Assembly: GCA_945920215.1 (NCBI GenBank)
Contig: CAMEJM010000009.1
Location: 332-64,331 of the forward strand
Source of the DNA: an uncultured bacterium
GTDB taxonomy: Bacteria > Bacillota > Clostridia > Oscillospirales > CAG-272
Reading direction: 5' to 3'
DNA length: 64,000 nt
The position numbers and the translations under genes were made by a program. Position 1 is the first letter of the stretch; each line of letters opens with the position of its first letter. Below the pieces are notes generated by a model. The model was not told the DNA's origin, ran no database searches, and saw only the letters and a list, made by a program, of their open reading frames with translations. This document shows, one piece after another, positions 9,395 to 17,058 of the stretch.

Positions 9395-10645
9395 ATGGCA
9401 ATCGCGTATATTATCAAATACGAGGGGAACAACGCCACGTTTGTGTGGAAGCACCCCGCAGAGGACTTTAACTGTCTGACGCAGCTGATCGTCCACGAAT
9501 CGCAGGAAGCGGTATTCTTCATGAACGGGCAGGCACAGGACGTGTTCGGCCCGGGGCGGTACACGCTTGAAACGCAGAATATCCCTAAAATCGGAAAGCT
9601 CCTCAATCGGGCGACCGGGGACCGAACCCCCTTTCACTGCGAGGTTTACTTTGTCAACAAGACAGAGCAGATGTGCATCAAGTGGGGGACCGACTCCCGC
9701 GTGCAGTATGTGGAGCCCACCTACGGCTTCCCGATCTCGATCGGCGCGTCGGGCGAGATGACCCTGCGGGCGGAGGACAGCCTGAAGCTGCTTGTGAAGC
9801 TGGTCGGCACCGAGGCGTTTCTCGGACAGCAGCAACTGACCTCCTATTTCCGCGCTTTTCTGATGACAAAGGTGAAGACCTATATCGCTTCGGTCATCAA
9901 AGCGCAGAAGATTGACATTTTTGAAATCGACGAGCAATTGCAGCCTCTTTCGGAGGCGCTGAAAGGACTGCTGCGCGGCGATTTCGCAGATTACGGCATC
10001 CGGCTCGAACGCTTCTTTGTGATGAACATCGTCAAACCCGACGGCGAACCCATGTACGAGAAGTTCAAATCCCTGCACTTCCGTCAATACGCCGACATCG
10101 CGGAGGCAAAGCTGCAACAGACGGTGGGCGTGATCAACGCGCAGACCGACGCGCAGAAAACCGTGATTGCCTCGCAGGCGCTGGCAACCAAGCGCGCGCA
10201 GGAGGGCTATACGTATCAGCAGGAGCGCGGCTTTGACGTTGCTTCCGAGGTGGCGCGCAACGAGGCGGTCGGGCAGTTTACCAACATGGGCGTGGGGTTG
10301 GGCACCATGGCAGGCGTCGGCGGAGCCGTCGCAGGTATGGTCGGAGGCGTGATGACCGGCGCCGTGGACGGCGCCATGCAGGAGCCCCCAAAACCGGCGG
10401 CAAATACCGCTTGCCCGAAATGCGGCGCGTTGTTGCCCGCCGGGGCAAGGTTCTGCCTTATTTGCGGGGAGCAGGTCGCCGAGAAAAGCGCAGGAGCAAT
10501 ATGTCCCGACTGCGGAAAACCCGTTCCGACAGGGGCAAAGTTCTGCCCGGAATGCGGGCACCGCTTTGCCGCGGTTTGCCCGAAATGCGGGAAAGAAATT
10601 CCTGCCGGGGCGAAATTCTGCATGGAGTGCGGTGAGAAACTGTAA
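9395..10645 (+). CDS. SPFH/Band-7 family protein (YdjI-like 'virion core protein' type) fused to a Gly-rich hydrophobic segment and three C-terminal zinc ribbons
   Basis: The N-terminal 290 aa match the YdjI-like SPFH pattern (IIKYEG....FVWKHP.EDF...QLIVHESQEAVFF.NG...FGPGRY.L.T.N.P). These are followed by GVGLGTMAGVGGAVAGMVGGVMTG and then 3x CPxCG-N9-11-FCxxCG. GGAGGGG RBS. Confidence 0.85.
   Translation: MAIAYIIKYEGNNATFVWKHPAEDFNCLTQLIVHESQEAVFFMNGQAQDVFGPGRYTLETQNIPKIGKLLNRATGDRTPFHCEVYFVNKTEQMCIKWGTDSRVQYVEPTYGFPISIGASGEMTLRAEDSLKLLVKLVGTEAFLGQQQLTSYFRAFLMTKVKTYIASVIKAQKIDIFEIDEQLQPLSEALKGLLRGDFADYGIRLERFFVMNIVKPDGEPMYEKFKSLHFRQYADIAEAKLQQTVGVINAQTDAQKTVIASQALATKRAQEGYTYQQERGFDVASEVARNEAVGQFTNMGVGLGTMAGVGGAVAGMVGGVMTGAVDGAMQEPPKPAANTACPKCGALLPAGARFCLICGEQVAEKSAGAICPDCGKPVPTGAKFCPECGHRFAAVCPKCGKEIPAGAKFCMECGEKL
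10412..10633 (+). repeat. three tandem zinc-ribbon coding repeats
   Basis: CPKCGALLPAGARFCLICG / CPDCGKPVPTGAKFCPECG / CPKCGKEIPAGAKFCMECG (aa 340-413 of the SPFH protein). Confidence 0.85.
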
Positions 10646-10658
10646 GGAGATTTGACAG

Positions 10659-11366
10659 ATGAAAATCAACAAGTATTTCAAATACTACGGCATTTCATGG
10701 GTTCTGAGTCTGATTCTGTTCCATGTGATCGCTTTTGTGACGCCGCATGAGATCGGCGGTATCAACCGCCTTGAGAAGCCCGCGTTCTGGATCGGCTACG
10801 CGCTGCTGCTGCTCGCGCTCATCGGGCAACTGATATGCAGCTATCTGTTCCTGCGGGACGATAAAAAGGAAAAGATATTCCTGCGCTTTGCGGTGCTGCG
10901 GGTCGGCGCGGTTTCCCTCGCTGTTTCGGTTCTCATCGGCGCGGTGTTCTTCCTGTTGCCGAAGCTGCCCGCCTGGGCGGCGTCCGTCATTGCGTTACTT
11001 GCCCTTGTCTTTTATATCTGCGGGGGCTTGCGCGCCGTTGCCGCAGAAGAAGCCGTGACCGAAATCGGCGAGCGCGGCGACGGGAAAACGAGTTTCATAC
11101 ATACGATTACGGCGGAGGCAAAGGCGCTGACGGGGTATGCCACGCCCGCTACCGAGGACGCCGCCAACCGCGTTTACGAGGCGCTGCGGTACAGTGTTCC
11201 CGCCTCGAAAACCGAAACCGCCGATATTGAAACCGAGATATTCGACGTGTTTGCCGCCTTTTCGGAAAATGTGAAAAACGGCGAAGAGGAGCCGGCAAAC
11301 GAGGCAGCGCGCCGTCTTGTCTCTCTGATTGAGGAACGCAACGCGAAGAGCAGACTTTCCCACTGA
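10659..11366 (+). CDS. 4-TM membrane protein with helical cytoplasmic tail; paralog of 32148..32822
   Basis: 235 aa. AAGGAG RBS. It shares the motifs FWI.YA..LLAL..Q, ALRYS.P and a C-terminal LVS..ERN with the ORF at 32148..32822. Confidence 0.7.
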   Translation: MKINKYFKYYGISWVLSLILFHVIAFVTPHEIGGINRLEKPAFWIGYALLLLALIGQLICSYLFLRDDKKEKIFLRFAVLRVGAVSLAVSVLIGAVFFLLPKLPAWAASVIALLALVFYICGGLRAVAAEEAVTEIGERGDGKTSFIHTITAEAKALTGYATPATEDAANRVYEALRYSVPASKTETADIETEIFDVFAAFSENVKNGEEEPANEAARRLVSLIEERNAKSRLSH

Positions 11367-11431
11367 CGCGGCTGACCGGGGGTAGCTCCGGACTGCAAAA
11401 GAAACAGAATTGTCACTTTACAGGAGACAAC

Positions 11432-14400
11432 ATGGCAATTTTCAAATGTAAAATGTGCGGCGGCTCGCTGGAGGTCAAACAGGGGGCGAGCGTGATCGAG
11501 TGCGCGTACTGCGGGACGAAGCAGACCCTGCCGAAGCTTGAGGACGAGCGGCGCGCGAACATCTATGACCGCGCCAACCATTTCCGCCGGGCGAACGACT
11601 TTGACAAGGCGATGGCGCTCTATGAGCAGATTCTCACGGAGGATCCGAGCGACGCCGAGGCGTACTGGTCGATCGTACTCTGCCGCTACGGAATCGAATA
11701 CGTCAAAGACCCGGTCAGCGGCAGGCGCGTGCCGACCGTCAACCGGATGCAATTGACCTCTGTCCTCGCGGACGAGGACTACAAGTCCGCGCTTGCGCAC
11801 GCCGACGGGTACCAAAGGGGCCTGTACGAGGCGGAGGCAAAGGAGATAGATGGGATCCAGAGGGGAATTCTCGCCATTTCACAGAAAGAAGAGCCGTTCG
11901 ACGTCTTTATCTGCTACAAGGAGACGGACGCAAGCGGGGAGAGAACGCGGGACAGCGTGCTTGCCAACGACCTCTATTACGAGCTGACGCACGAGGGATT
12001 CAAGGTGTTTTTCTCGCGCATTACGCTGGAGGATAAGCTGGGGACGGAATACGAGCCGTACATATTCGCGGCGCTGCAATCCGCGCCCGTGATGGTGGTG
12101 CTGGGGACAAAGGCGGAGCATTTCAACGCGCCGTGGGTGCGGAACGAATGGAGCCGGTATCTGGCGCTTATCCGCGGCGGCGCAAAAAAGACCTTGATTC
12201 CCGCTTACCGCGATATGGACCCCTACGATCTGCCGGACGCGTTCTCGCACTTGCAGGCGCAGGATATGTCCAAACTGGGCTTCATGCAGGACCTTGTGCG
12301 AGGCATCAAGAAACTGATCCGCGGGGAGGCGCCGCAGAAATCCGCCGACGTCAAAGAGGAAGCGGCGCCGTTTCCGCTTTCAGGCGAATTTCAGTACATG
12401 AAGCGGGCGCACATTTATATTGAAGACGGCGATTGGGAATCTGCCGACGAGTATACCGAGCGCGCGCTGGACGTGGATCCGGAAAACGCCAACGCATATC
12501 TTTTGAAACTGGCGGTTTCTCTGCATCTTGACAGCGAAGAAAAACTGTTGCAGCACTGCCGGTCCATTGCCGACAACCCGAACTATATCAAGGCGCTGCG
12601 CTATTCCAAGGGGAAACGGCACGAACAGATTGCCGCGTATGAGACGCAGATACAGAAGAACATCAAGGACGAAACGCGCAACCGAATTGTGCGCGAGGCC
12701 CTGGCATATGCGGAGCGCAGGAATGCCACCGAGCAGGAACTTGAAGGGGCGCTGAAAAACCTCGGCACACTGCGCGATTGCGAACAGGCAGAGGACGCGC
12801 GCGCCAAGGTGCAGGCAGCCTTGAAACGGGTGAGGGGCGAGAATGCCGCCCGAAAAGAAAAAGAGCGGGAGCAGATCTATGCGCGCGCACAGGCGCACAT
12901 GAAGAATCTGAAACGCTATTCGGATTATGAAAGCGCCGTCACCCTTTTTTCACAGCTCAGCGGTTGGCGGGACGCCGACGCGCTCCGCGCGCAATGCGAG
13001 CGGGAACGCGCGAAAATCGAAAAGGCGAGAAAAAGGCGCACATGGATCATCGCCGGAGCCATCCTTTTTCTGACCGTTCTTGCCGTGATCATCACCTGCG
13101 TGGCGGTGAGCAGCTACCGAAAGAGCGCCAAAGCGCAGCTGGTGTATGAGAAGAAGTACGGCGAAGTGATGATCACCGGATACAAGGGGTATCTTTCGTC
13201 CAAACTGGAAATTCCGTCCGTGATCGATCAATGCCCGGTGACGGACATCGGGAGCGGCGCGTTTGAGGGATGCAAGCGTTTGACCTCCGTGACGATACCC
13301 GGCAGCGTTGTGGATATCAGAAGCAACGCGTTCGCCGATTGTACCGCTCTCAAAAGCGTCACCATCGAGGACGGGGTTGAGAGAATCAGGGACGGTGCGT
13401 TTTCCGGCTGTACAAAACTGACCGAAGCGGTCATTCCGGACAGCGTGACGGAGATCGGAAAAAACGCGTTTGCCGCGTGTACGTCCCTGACCTCCGTGAC
13501 CATCGGCTCCGGTGTCGGGAGCATTGGCGACGAGGCGTTTTCCGGCTGTTCGGCGTTGACCTCCGTGACGATTCCGGACAGCGTGACCGACAGCGGGACT
13601 TATGTGTTCAAGGATTGCACGGGTATGACCGCCGCGGTCATCGGAAACGCAGTCACGCTCATCGACAGCGGTATGTTCGAGGGTTGCACAGCACTGACTT
13701 CCGTGTCGTTCGGAGAGAGTGTGAATGAAATCGGTTCCAATGCGTTCTTTAACTGCGGGAGTTTAACGGAGGCGATCCTGCCGGACGGCGTGACAGGTAT
13801 CGGGGACAGCGCTTTTTCGGGGTGCATAGGTCTGAATCGCATTGTCATCCCGAACAGCGTCAAAAGCATCGGAAAGGATGTGTTCGCGGGGTGCACTGCG
13901 ATTCGGTATGCCGCCATGCCGGCAGGGGCGATTTCATCCGTTCCCAAAATCAGCCTGCAAACCGCGGTGATCGGCGGCAGCGGCGGTATTGGCGACCGTG
14001 CGTTCTATGATTGCGGGGCTTTGACTTCCGTAACCGTTGAAAACGGTGTGACGAGCATCGGGGACCACGCGTTCTATTATTGCATGAATCTGACGTCGCT
14101 GACCCTGCCCGACGGCGTGACAAGTATCGGTGACAGCGCGTTTTATTACTGCATGAATCTGACGTCGGTGACTCTGCCCGACACTGTGACAAGTATCGGT
14201 CAGGATGCGTTTTATGGCTGTGCAAGTCTGACTTCCGTGACAATTCCGAAGAGCGTGACGTACATTGGAATTGGTGCGTTCAACAATTGTTTTGATCTGA
14301 CTTCCGTGACATTTGAATATACAGACGGTTGGTATCGGTATGAAAGCGATGCAAGCGGCACTTCCTCTTACGGTGAGGCGGTGTCGGTTACAGACGCGGC

Positions 14401-14458
14401 GGAAAACGCGACAAATATGAGTTTTGCCTATCCACAATGCTACTGGAAGCGTTCCTGA
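11432..14458 (+). CDS. zinc-ribbon / TPR / TIR domain protein with a single TM helix and a C-terminal BspA-type leucine-rich-repeat ectodomain
   Basis: 1008 aa. AGGAGA RBS. The domain order was read directly from the translation (see sub-features). Confidence 0.9.
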   Translation: MAIFKCKMCGGSLEVKQGASVIECAYCGTKQTLPKLEDERRANIYDRANHFRRANDFDKAMALYEQILTEDPSDAEAYWSIVLCRYGIEYVKDPVSGRRVPTVNRMQLTSVLADEDYKSALAHADGYQRGLYEAEAKEIDGIQRGILAISQKEEPFDVFICYKETDASGERTRDSVLANDLYYELTHEGFKVFFSRITLEDKLGTEYEPYIFAALQSAPVMVVLGTKAEHFNAPWVRNEWSRYLALIRGGAKKTLIPAYRDMDPYDLPDAFSHLQAQDMSKLGFMQDLVRGIKKLIRGEAPQKSADVKEEAAPFPLSGEFQYMKRAHIYIEDGDWESADEYTERALDVDPENANAYLLKLAVSLHLDSEEKLLQHCRSIADNPNYIKALRYSKGKRHEQIAAYETQIQKNIKDETRNRIVREALAYAERRNATEQELEGALKNLGTLRDCEQAEDARAKVQAALKRVRGENAARKEKEREQIYARAQAHMKNLKRYSDYESAVTLFSQLSGWRDADALRAQCERERAKIEKARKRRTWIIAGAILFLTVLAVIITCVAVSSYRKSAKAQLVYEKKYGEVMITGYKGYLSSKLEIPSVIDQCPVTDIGSGAFEGCKRLTSVTIPGSVVDIRSNAFADCTALKSVTIEDGVERIRDGAFSGCTKLTEAVIPDSVTEIGKNAFAACTSLTSVTIGSGVGSIGDEAFSGCSALTSVTIPDSVTDSGTYVFKDCTGMTAAVIGNAVTLIDSGMFEGCTALTSVSFGESVNEIGSNAFFNCGSLTEAILPDGVTGIGDSAFSGCIGLNRIVIPNSVKSIGKDVFAGCTAIRYAAMPAGAISSVPKISLQTAVIGGSGGIGDRAFYDCGALTSVTVENGVTSIGDHAFYYCMNLTSLTLPDGVTSIGDSAFYYCMNLTSVTLPDTVTSIGQDAFYGCASLTSVTIPKSVTYIGIGAFNNCFDLTSVTFEYTDGWYRYESDASGTSSYGEAVSVTDAAENATNMSFAYPQCYWKRS
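11897..12316 (+). other. TIR domain (aa ~156-295), candidate catalytic Glu239 at 12146-12148
   Basis: FDVFICYKETD (betaA), GFKVFFSRITL (betaB), IFAALQSAPVMVVLGT, NAPWVRNEWSRY. The W...E lies where NAD-cleaving TIRs carry the catalytic glutamate. Confidence 0.8.
13043..13117 (+). other. single transmembrane helix (aa 538-562)
   Basis: KARKRRT-WIIAGAILFLTVLAVIITCVAVSSY-RKS. The positive cluster lies on the N-terminal (TIR) side. Confidence 0.75.
13184..14314 (+). repeat. about 16 tandem 23-aa BspA-type LRR units
   Basis: Recurrent pattern IP.SVT.IG..AF..C..LTSVT. Units at 14048-14116 and 14117-14185 are about 83% identical at the DNA level (my hand count: 57/69, including an 18-nt identical run). 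Confidence 0.85.
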
Positions 14459-14590
14459 CAGAGAGAAAGAGCATCGGTATGACGTGACGGCGATTCAGGT
14501 CGCACACGTCGGGCGGCTTATCGGCGCGGAGGCGGGGAGCCCGCTTTCGCGCTTTTCGTGCGCCTATGCCGCAGTGTGCGGGGGAAGGAC

Positions 14591-14619
14591 TTGCAAATTG
14601 CTTGGGTTTGTGCTATGAT
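14591..14619 (+). promoter_or_regulatory. sigma-A promoter (TTGCAA-N17-TATGAT)
   Basis: Hexamers at 14591-14596 and 14614-14619. A GC-rich leader of about 115 nt follows before the permease ATG. Confidence 0.55.
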
Positions 14620-14737
14620 GGAGCGCGTCCGCGGCGGGGTGCCTGCATGGCGGTTCGGGGCGGCGCCCCGAAGTCGGAGCATACCCGCGGGGAGATGAAC
14701 AGCGCGCCTGCGCGCGCGGAAAGCAACAGGGGATCTC

Positions 14738-15901
14738 ATGCAGCATACATTGTCGCAAGGCGCCTCCGACACCGGGCGGTGGCACTTGTTTTTACATACC
14801 GCAGCCGGGTTTTGCCGGCACAACGTCGTTTTTCTGATTGCGCTTGCGGCGGCGGTGGCGACCGCGGTGATGGTACCGCCGGACAGGGCATATCTCGGCT
14901 ATTTCGACTTTTCCACGCTGTGCTGTCTGTTCTCCACGCTTGCGGTGGTGAACGCCTTACGTGCCCATCGTTTCTTTACCATACTGGCTGAAAAAATCGT
15001 GTCCGCGACGGGCAACCTGCGGATGTGCGTGCTGGCGCTGGTATATATCACTTTTATCGGTTCCATGTTGATCGCCAACGATATGGCGCTTCTGACCTTT
15101 CTGCCGCTCGGCTGTTATGTGCTGCACGCCACGGGCAATGAGAAGCACATGGCGCTGACCTTTGTCCTGCAGAATATCGGCGCCAATCTGGGCGGAATGC
15201 TGACCCCGTTCGGCAACCCGCAGAATCTGTATCTGTATTCCCGTTTTTCCATTCCCACGGGGCAGTTCCTGCTGACGATGCTGCCGCCGTTCCTGCTGTC
15301 TATGACGCTGGTGACCCTGGCGTGCTTTCTGTTCTTCCCGCGGCGGGCGATCACGGTGGAGCGCCGCATATGCGACAAACTGCCGCCGGTGCGCACGGGG
15401 CTTTATCTGCTGTTGTTTGCGGCTGTGATCCTGGCTGTGTTCCGCCTGCTGCCTTACTATGCCGTGGCTGCCGCGGTGCTGCTTGTTCTTCTGTTTGCCG
15501 ACCGCGGGGCGCTTGCCCGGGTGGACTACCCGCTGCTCCTCACTTTCGTGTGCTTCTTCATCTTCGCCGGGAACATGGTGCGCATCGACGCGGTGCGCGC
15601 GTTTGCGGGCGGTTTGCTGTCCAGAAATCCCTTGCTTGTCTCTACGCTGTCCTGCCAGCTGATTTCCAATGTGCCGTCCGCCATTCTGCTCTCCGGCTTT
15701 ACCGACGCATGGAAGCCGCTGTTATACGGTGTGAACATCGGCGGGGTGGGCACCCTGATTTCCTCTTTGGCAAGTCTGATCACCTTCCGCACCTATGTGC
15801 AGGAGCAGGCGGGCGGAGCCAAAAAATATCTGCTGCTGTTCAGTGCGGTGAATTTCACTTTTCTGTCGGTGCTGTTCCTGCTTTGCTCTTGTCTTGTATA
15901 G
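14738..15901 (+). CDS. ArsB/NhaD-superfamily (CitMHS-like) anion permease
   Basis: 387 aa and about 10 TM helices. Family-typical motifs: ...IANDMALLTFLPL... and LGGMLTPFGNPQNLYLY. The start is uncertain. Confidence 0.7.
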   Translation: MQHTLSQGASDTGRWHLFLHTAAGFCRHNVVFLIALAAAVATAVMVPPDRAYLGYFDFSTLCCLFSTLAVVNALRAHRFFTILAEKIVSATGNLRMCVLALVYITFIGSMLIANDMALLTFLPLGCYVLHATGNEKHMALTFVLQNIGANLGGMLTPFGNPQNLYLYSRFSIPTGQFLLTMLPPFLLSMTLVTLACFLFFPRRAITVERRICDKLPPVRTGLYLLLFAAVILAVFRLLPYYAVAAAVLLVLLFADRGALARVDYPLLLTFVCFFIFAGNMVRIDAVRAFAGGLLSRNPLLVSTLSCQLISNVPSAILLSGFTDAWKPLLYGVNIGGVGTLISSLASLITFRTYVQEQAGGAKKYLLLFSAVNFTFLSVLFLLCSCLV

Positions 15902-15922
15902 TTATTTCTTTTCCGTGACTCT

Positions 15923-15960
15923 CAGCCCGCGCGGTTCTTCCGCGCGGGCTGATTTGGATT
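15923..15960 (+). terminator. rho-independent terminator
   Basis: CAGCCCGCGCGG / CCGCGCGGGCTG, a 12-bp stem (15923-15951), followed by ATTTGGATTT. Confidence 0.6.
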
Positions 15961-16049
15961 TGAAGCGGGCGGGGATTTTCGGTTTCGGCTTGACAGGCGC
16001 GCCGCCGCGGCGGTATCATAAGAGCGAAGACGGTATGCGGAGGGGCGCG

Positions 16050-16934
16050 ATGAATACTCAAAAATGGATGGCGGAACATACGGAGAGCCTTGCGGGGAAA
16101 ACCGTGGCAATCACCGGCGCGACCGGCGGGCTGGGCACCCCTCTTTGCCGCCGTCTGGCGGAGTTGGGGGCGCGGCTGATTCTGCTCGACCGCAACCCGG
16201 AGAAATCCGCCGCCCTGCGCGAAAAATTGTGCGGGGAATTTCCCTCTCTTGAGATAAAGACCGTGCCCGAGAATCTGGAGGACATGGACTCTGTGCGCGC
16301 GGCGTGCGAGCGGCTCGAGGCGGAGCCGCTTGACATACTGATCCACAACGCGGGGGCGTACAGTATTCCGCGGCATAAATGCACGAGCGGATATGACAAC
16401 GTGTTTCAGATCAATTTTGTCTCGCCTTACTACATGACCAAGCGTTTGCTGCCGCATTTGCGGCGGCGCCCCGGCGCGCGCGTGGTGGCGGTGGGGAGTA
16501 TCGCCCACAATTATTCGGTCAGCGACCCGAACGACGTTGATTTCACGGGGAGGAGCCGTGCCTCCAAGGTGTACGGCAACGCAAAGCGCTATCTGATGTA
16601 CGCCTTATGGGAGCTGTTCCGCACGGAAGAGGACGTGCGGCTTTCGGTATGCCACCCCGGCGTGACGTTCACCAACATCACGGCGCACTATCCCAAGGTG
16701 ATTTTCGCGCTGATTCGCTACCCGATGAAGGTCATTTTCCCGCCTCCCCGCAAGGCGTGTCTGTGTATTTTGCAGGGGTGCTTCGACACCTGCGGCGCGC
16801 GGGAATGGATCGGTCCCCGTTGGCTCAACGTATGGGGAAGCCCCCGCAAGCGCTCTGTTCGCACCGCGACCGAGGAGGAAGCAAAGGAAATCTTTGTACG
16901 GGCGCAGACAATCGCCGCGGAACTCGGTATCTGA
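16050..16934 (+). CDS. short-chain dehydrogenase/reductase (SDR) family oxidoreductase
   Basis: TGATGGLG Rossmann motif, NAG, and YGNAK (YxxxK). Start at MNTQKW with GGAGGGG upstream. Confidence 0.8.
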   Translation: MNTQKWMAEHTESLAGKTVAITGATGGLGTPLCRRLAELGARLILLDRNPEKSAALREKLCGEFPSLEIKTVPENLEDMDSVRAACERLEAEPLDILIHNAGAYSIPRHKCTSGYDNVFQINFVSPYYMTKRLLPHLRRRPGARVVAVGSIAHNYSVSDPNDVDFTGRSRASKVYGNAKRYLMYALWELFRTEEDVRLSVCHPGVTFTNITAHYPKVIFALIRYPMKVIFPPPRKACLCILQGCFDTCGAREWIGPRWLNVWGSPRKRSVRTATEEEAKEIFVRAQTIAAELGI

Positions 16935-16979
16935 GAGACAAAAACCGAAAAAATGGCAGGGGAGAAAACGCGTTTCCTA

Positions 16980-17009
16980 TTTACAAAGACAGCGCTGTTA
17001 GATTATAAT
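16980..17009 (+). promoter_or_regulatory. sigma-A promoter (TTTACA-N18-TATAAT)
   Basis: Hexamers at 16980-16985 and 17004-17009, about 50 nt upstream of galT. Confidence 0.6.
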
Positions 17010-17058
17010 TAGATTACAAATATGAAAAACGGCGGGCGCGCCGCGGGAGGCAGAAAAG

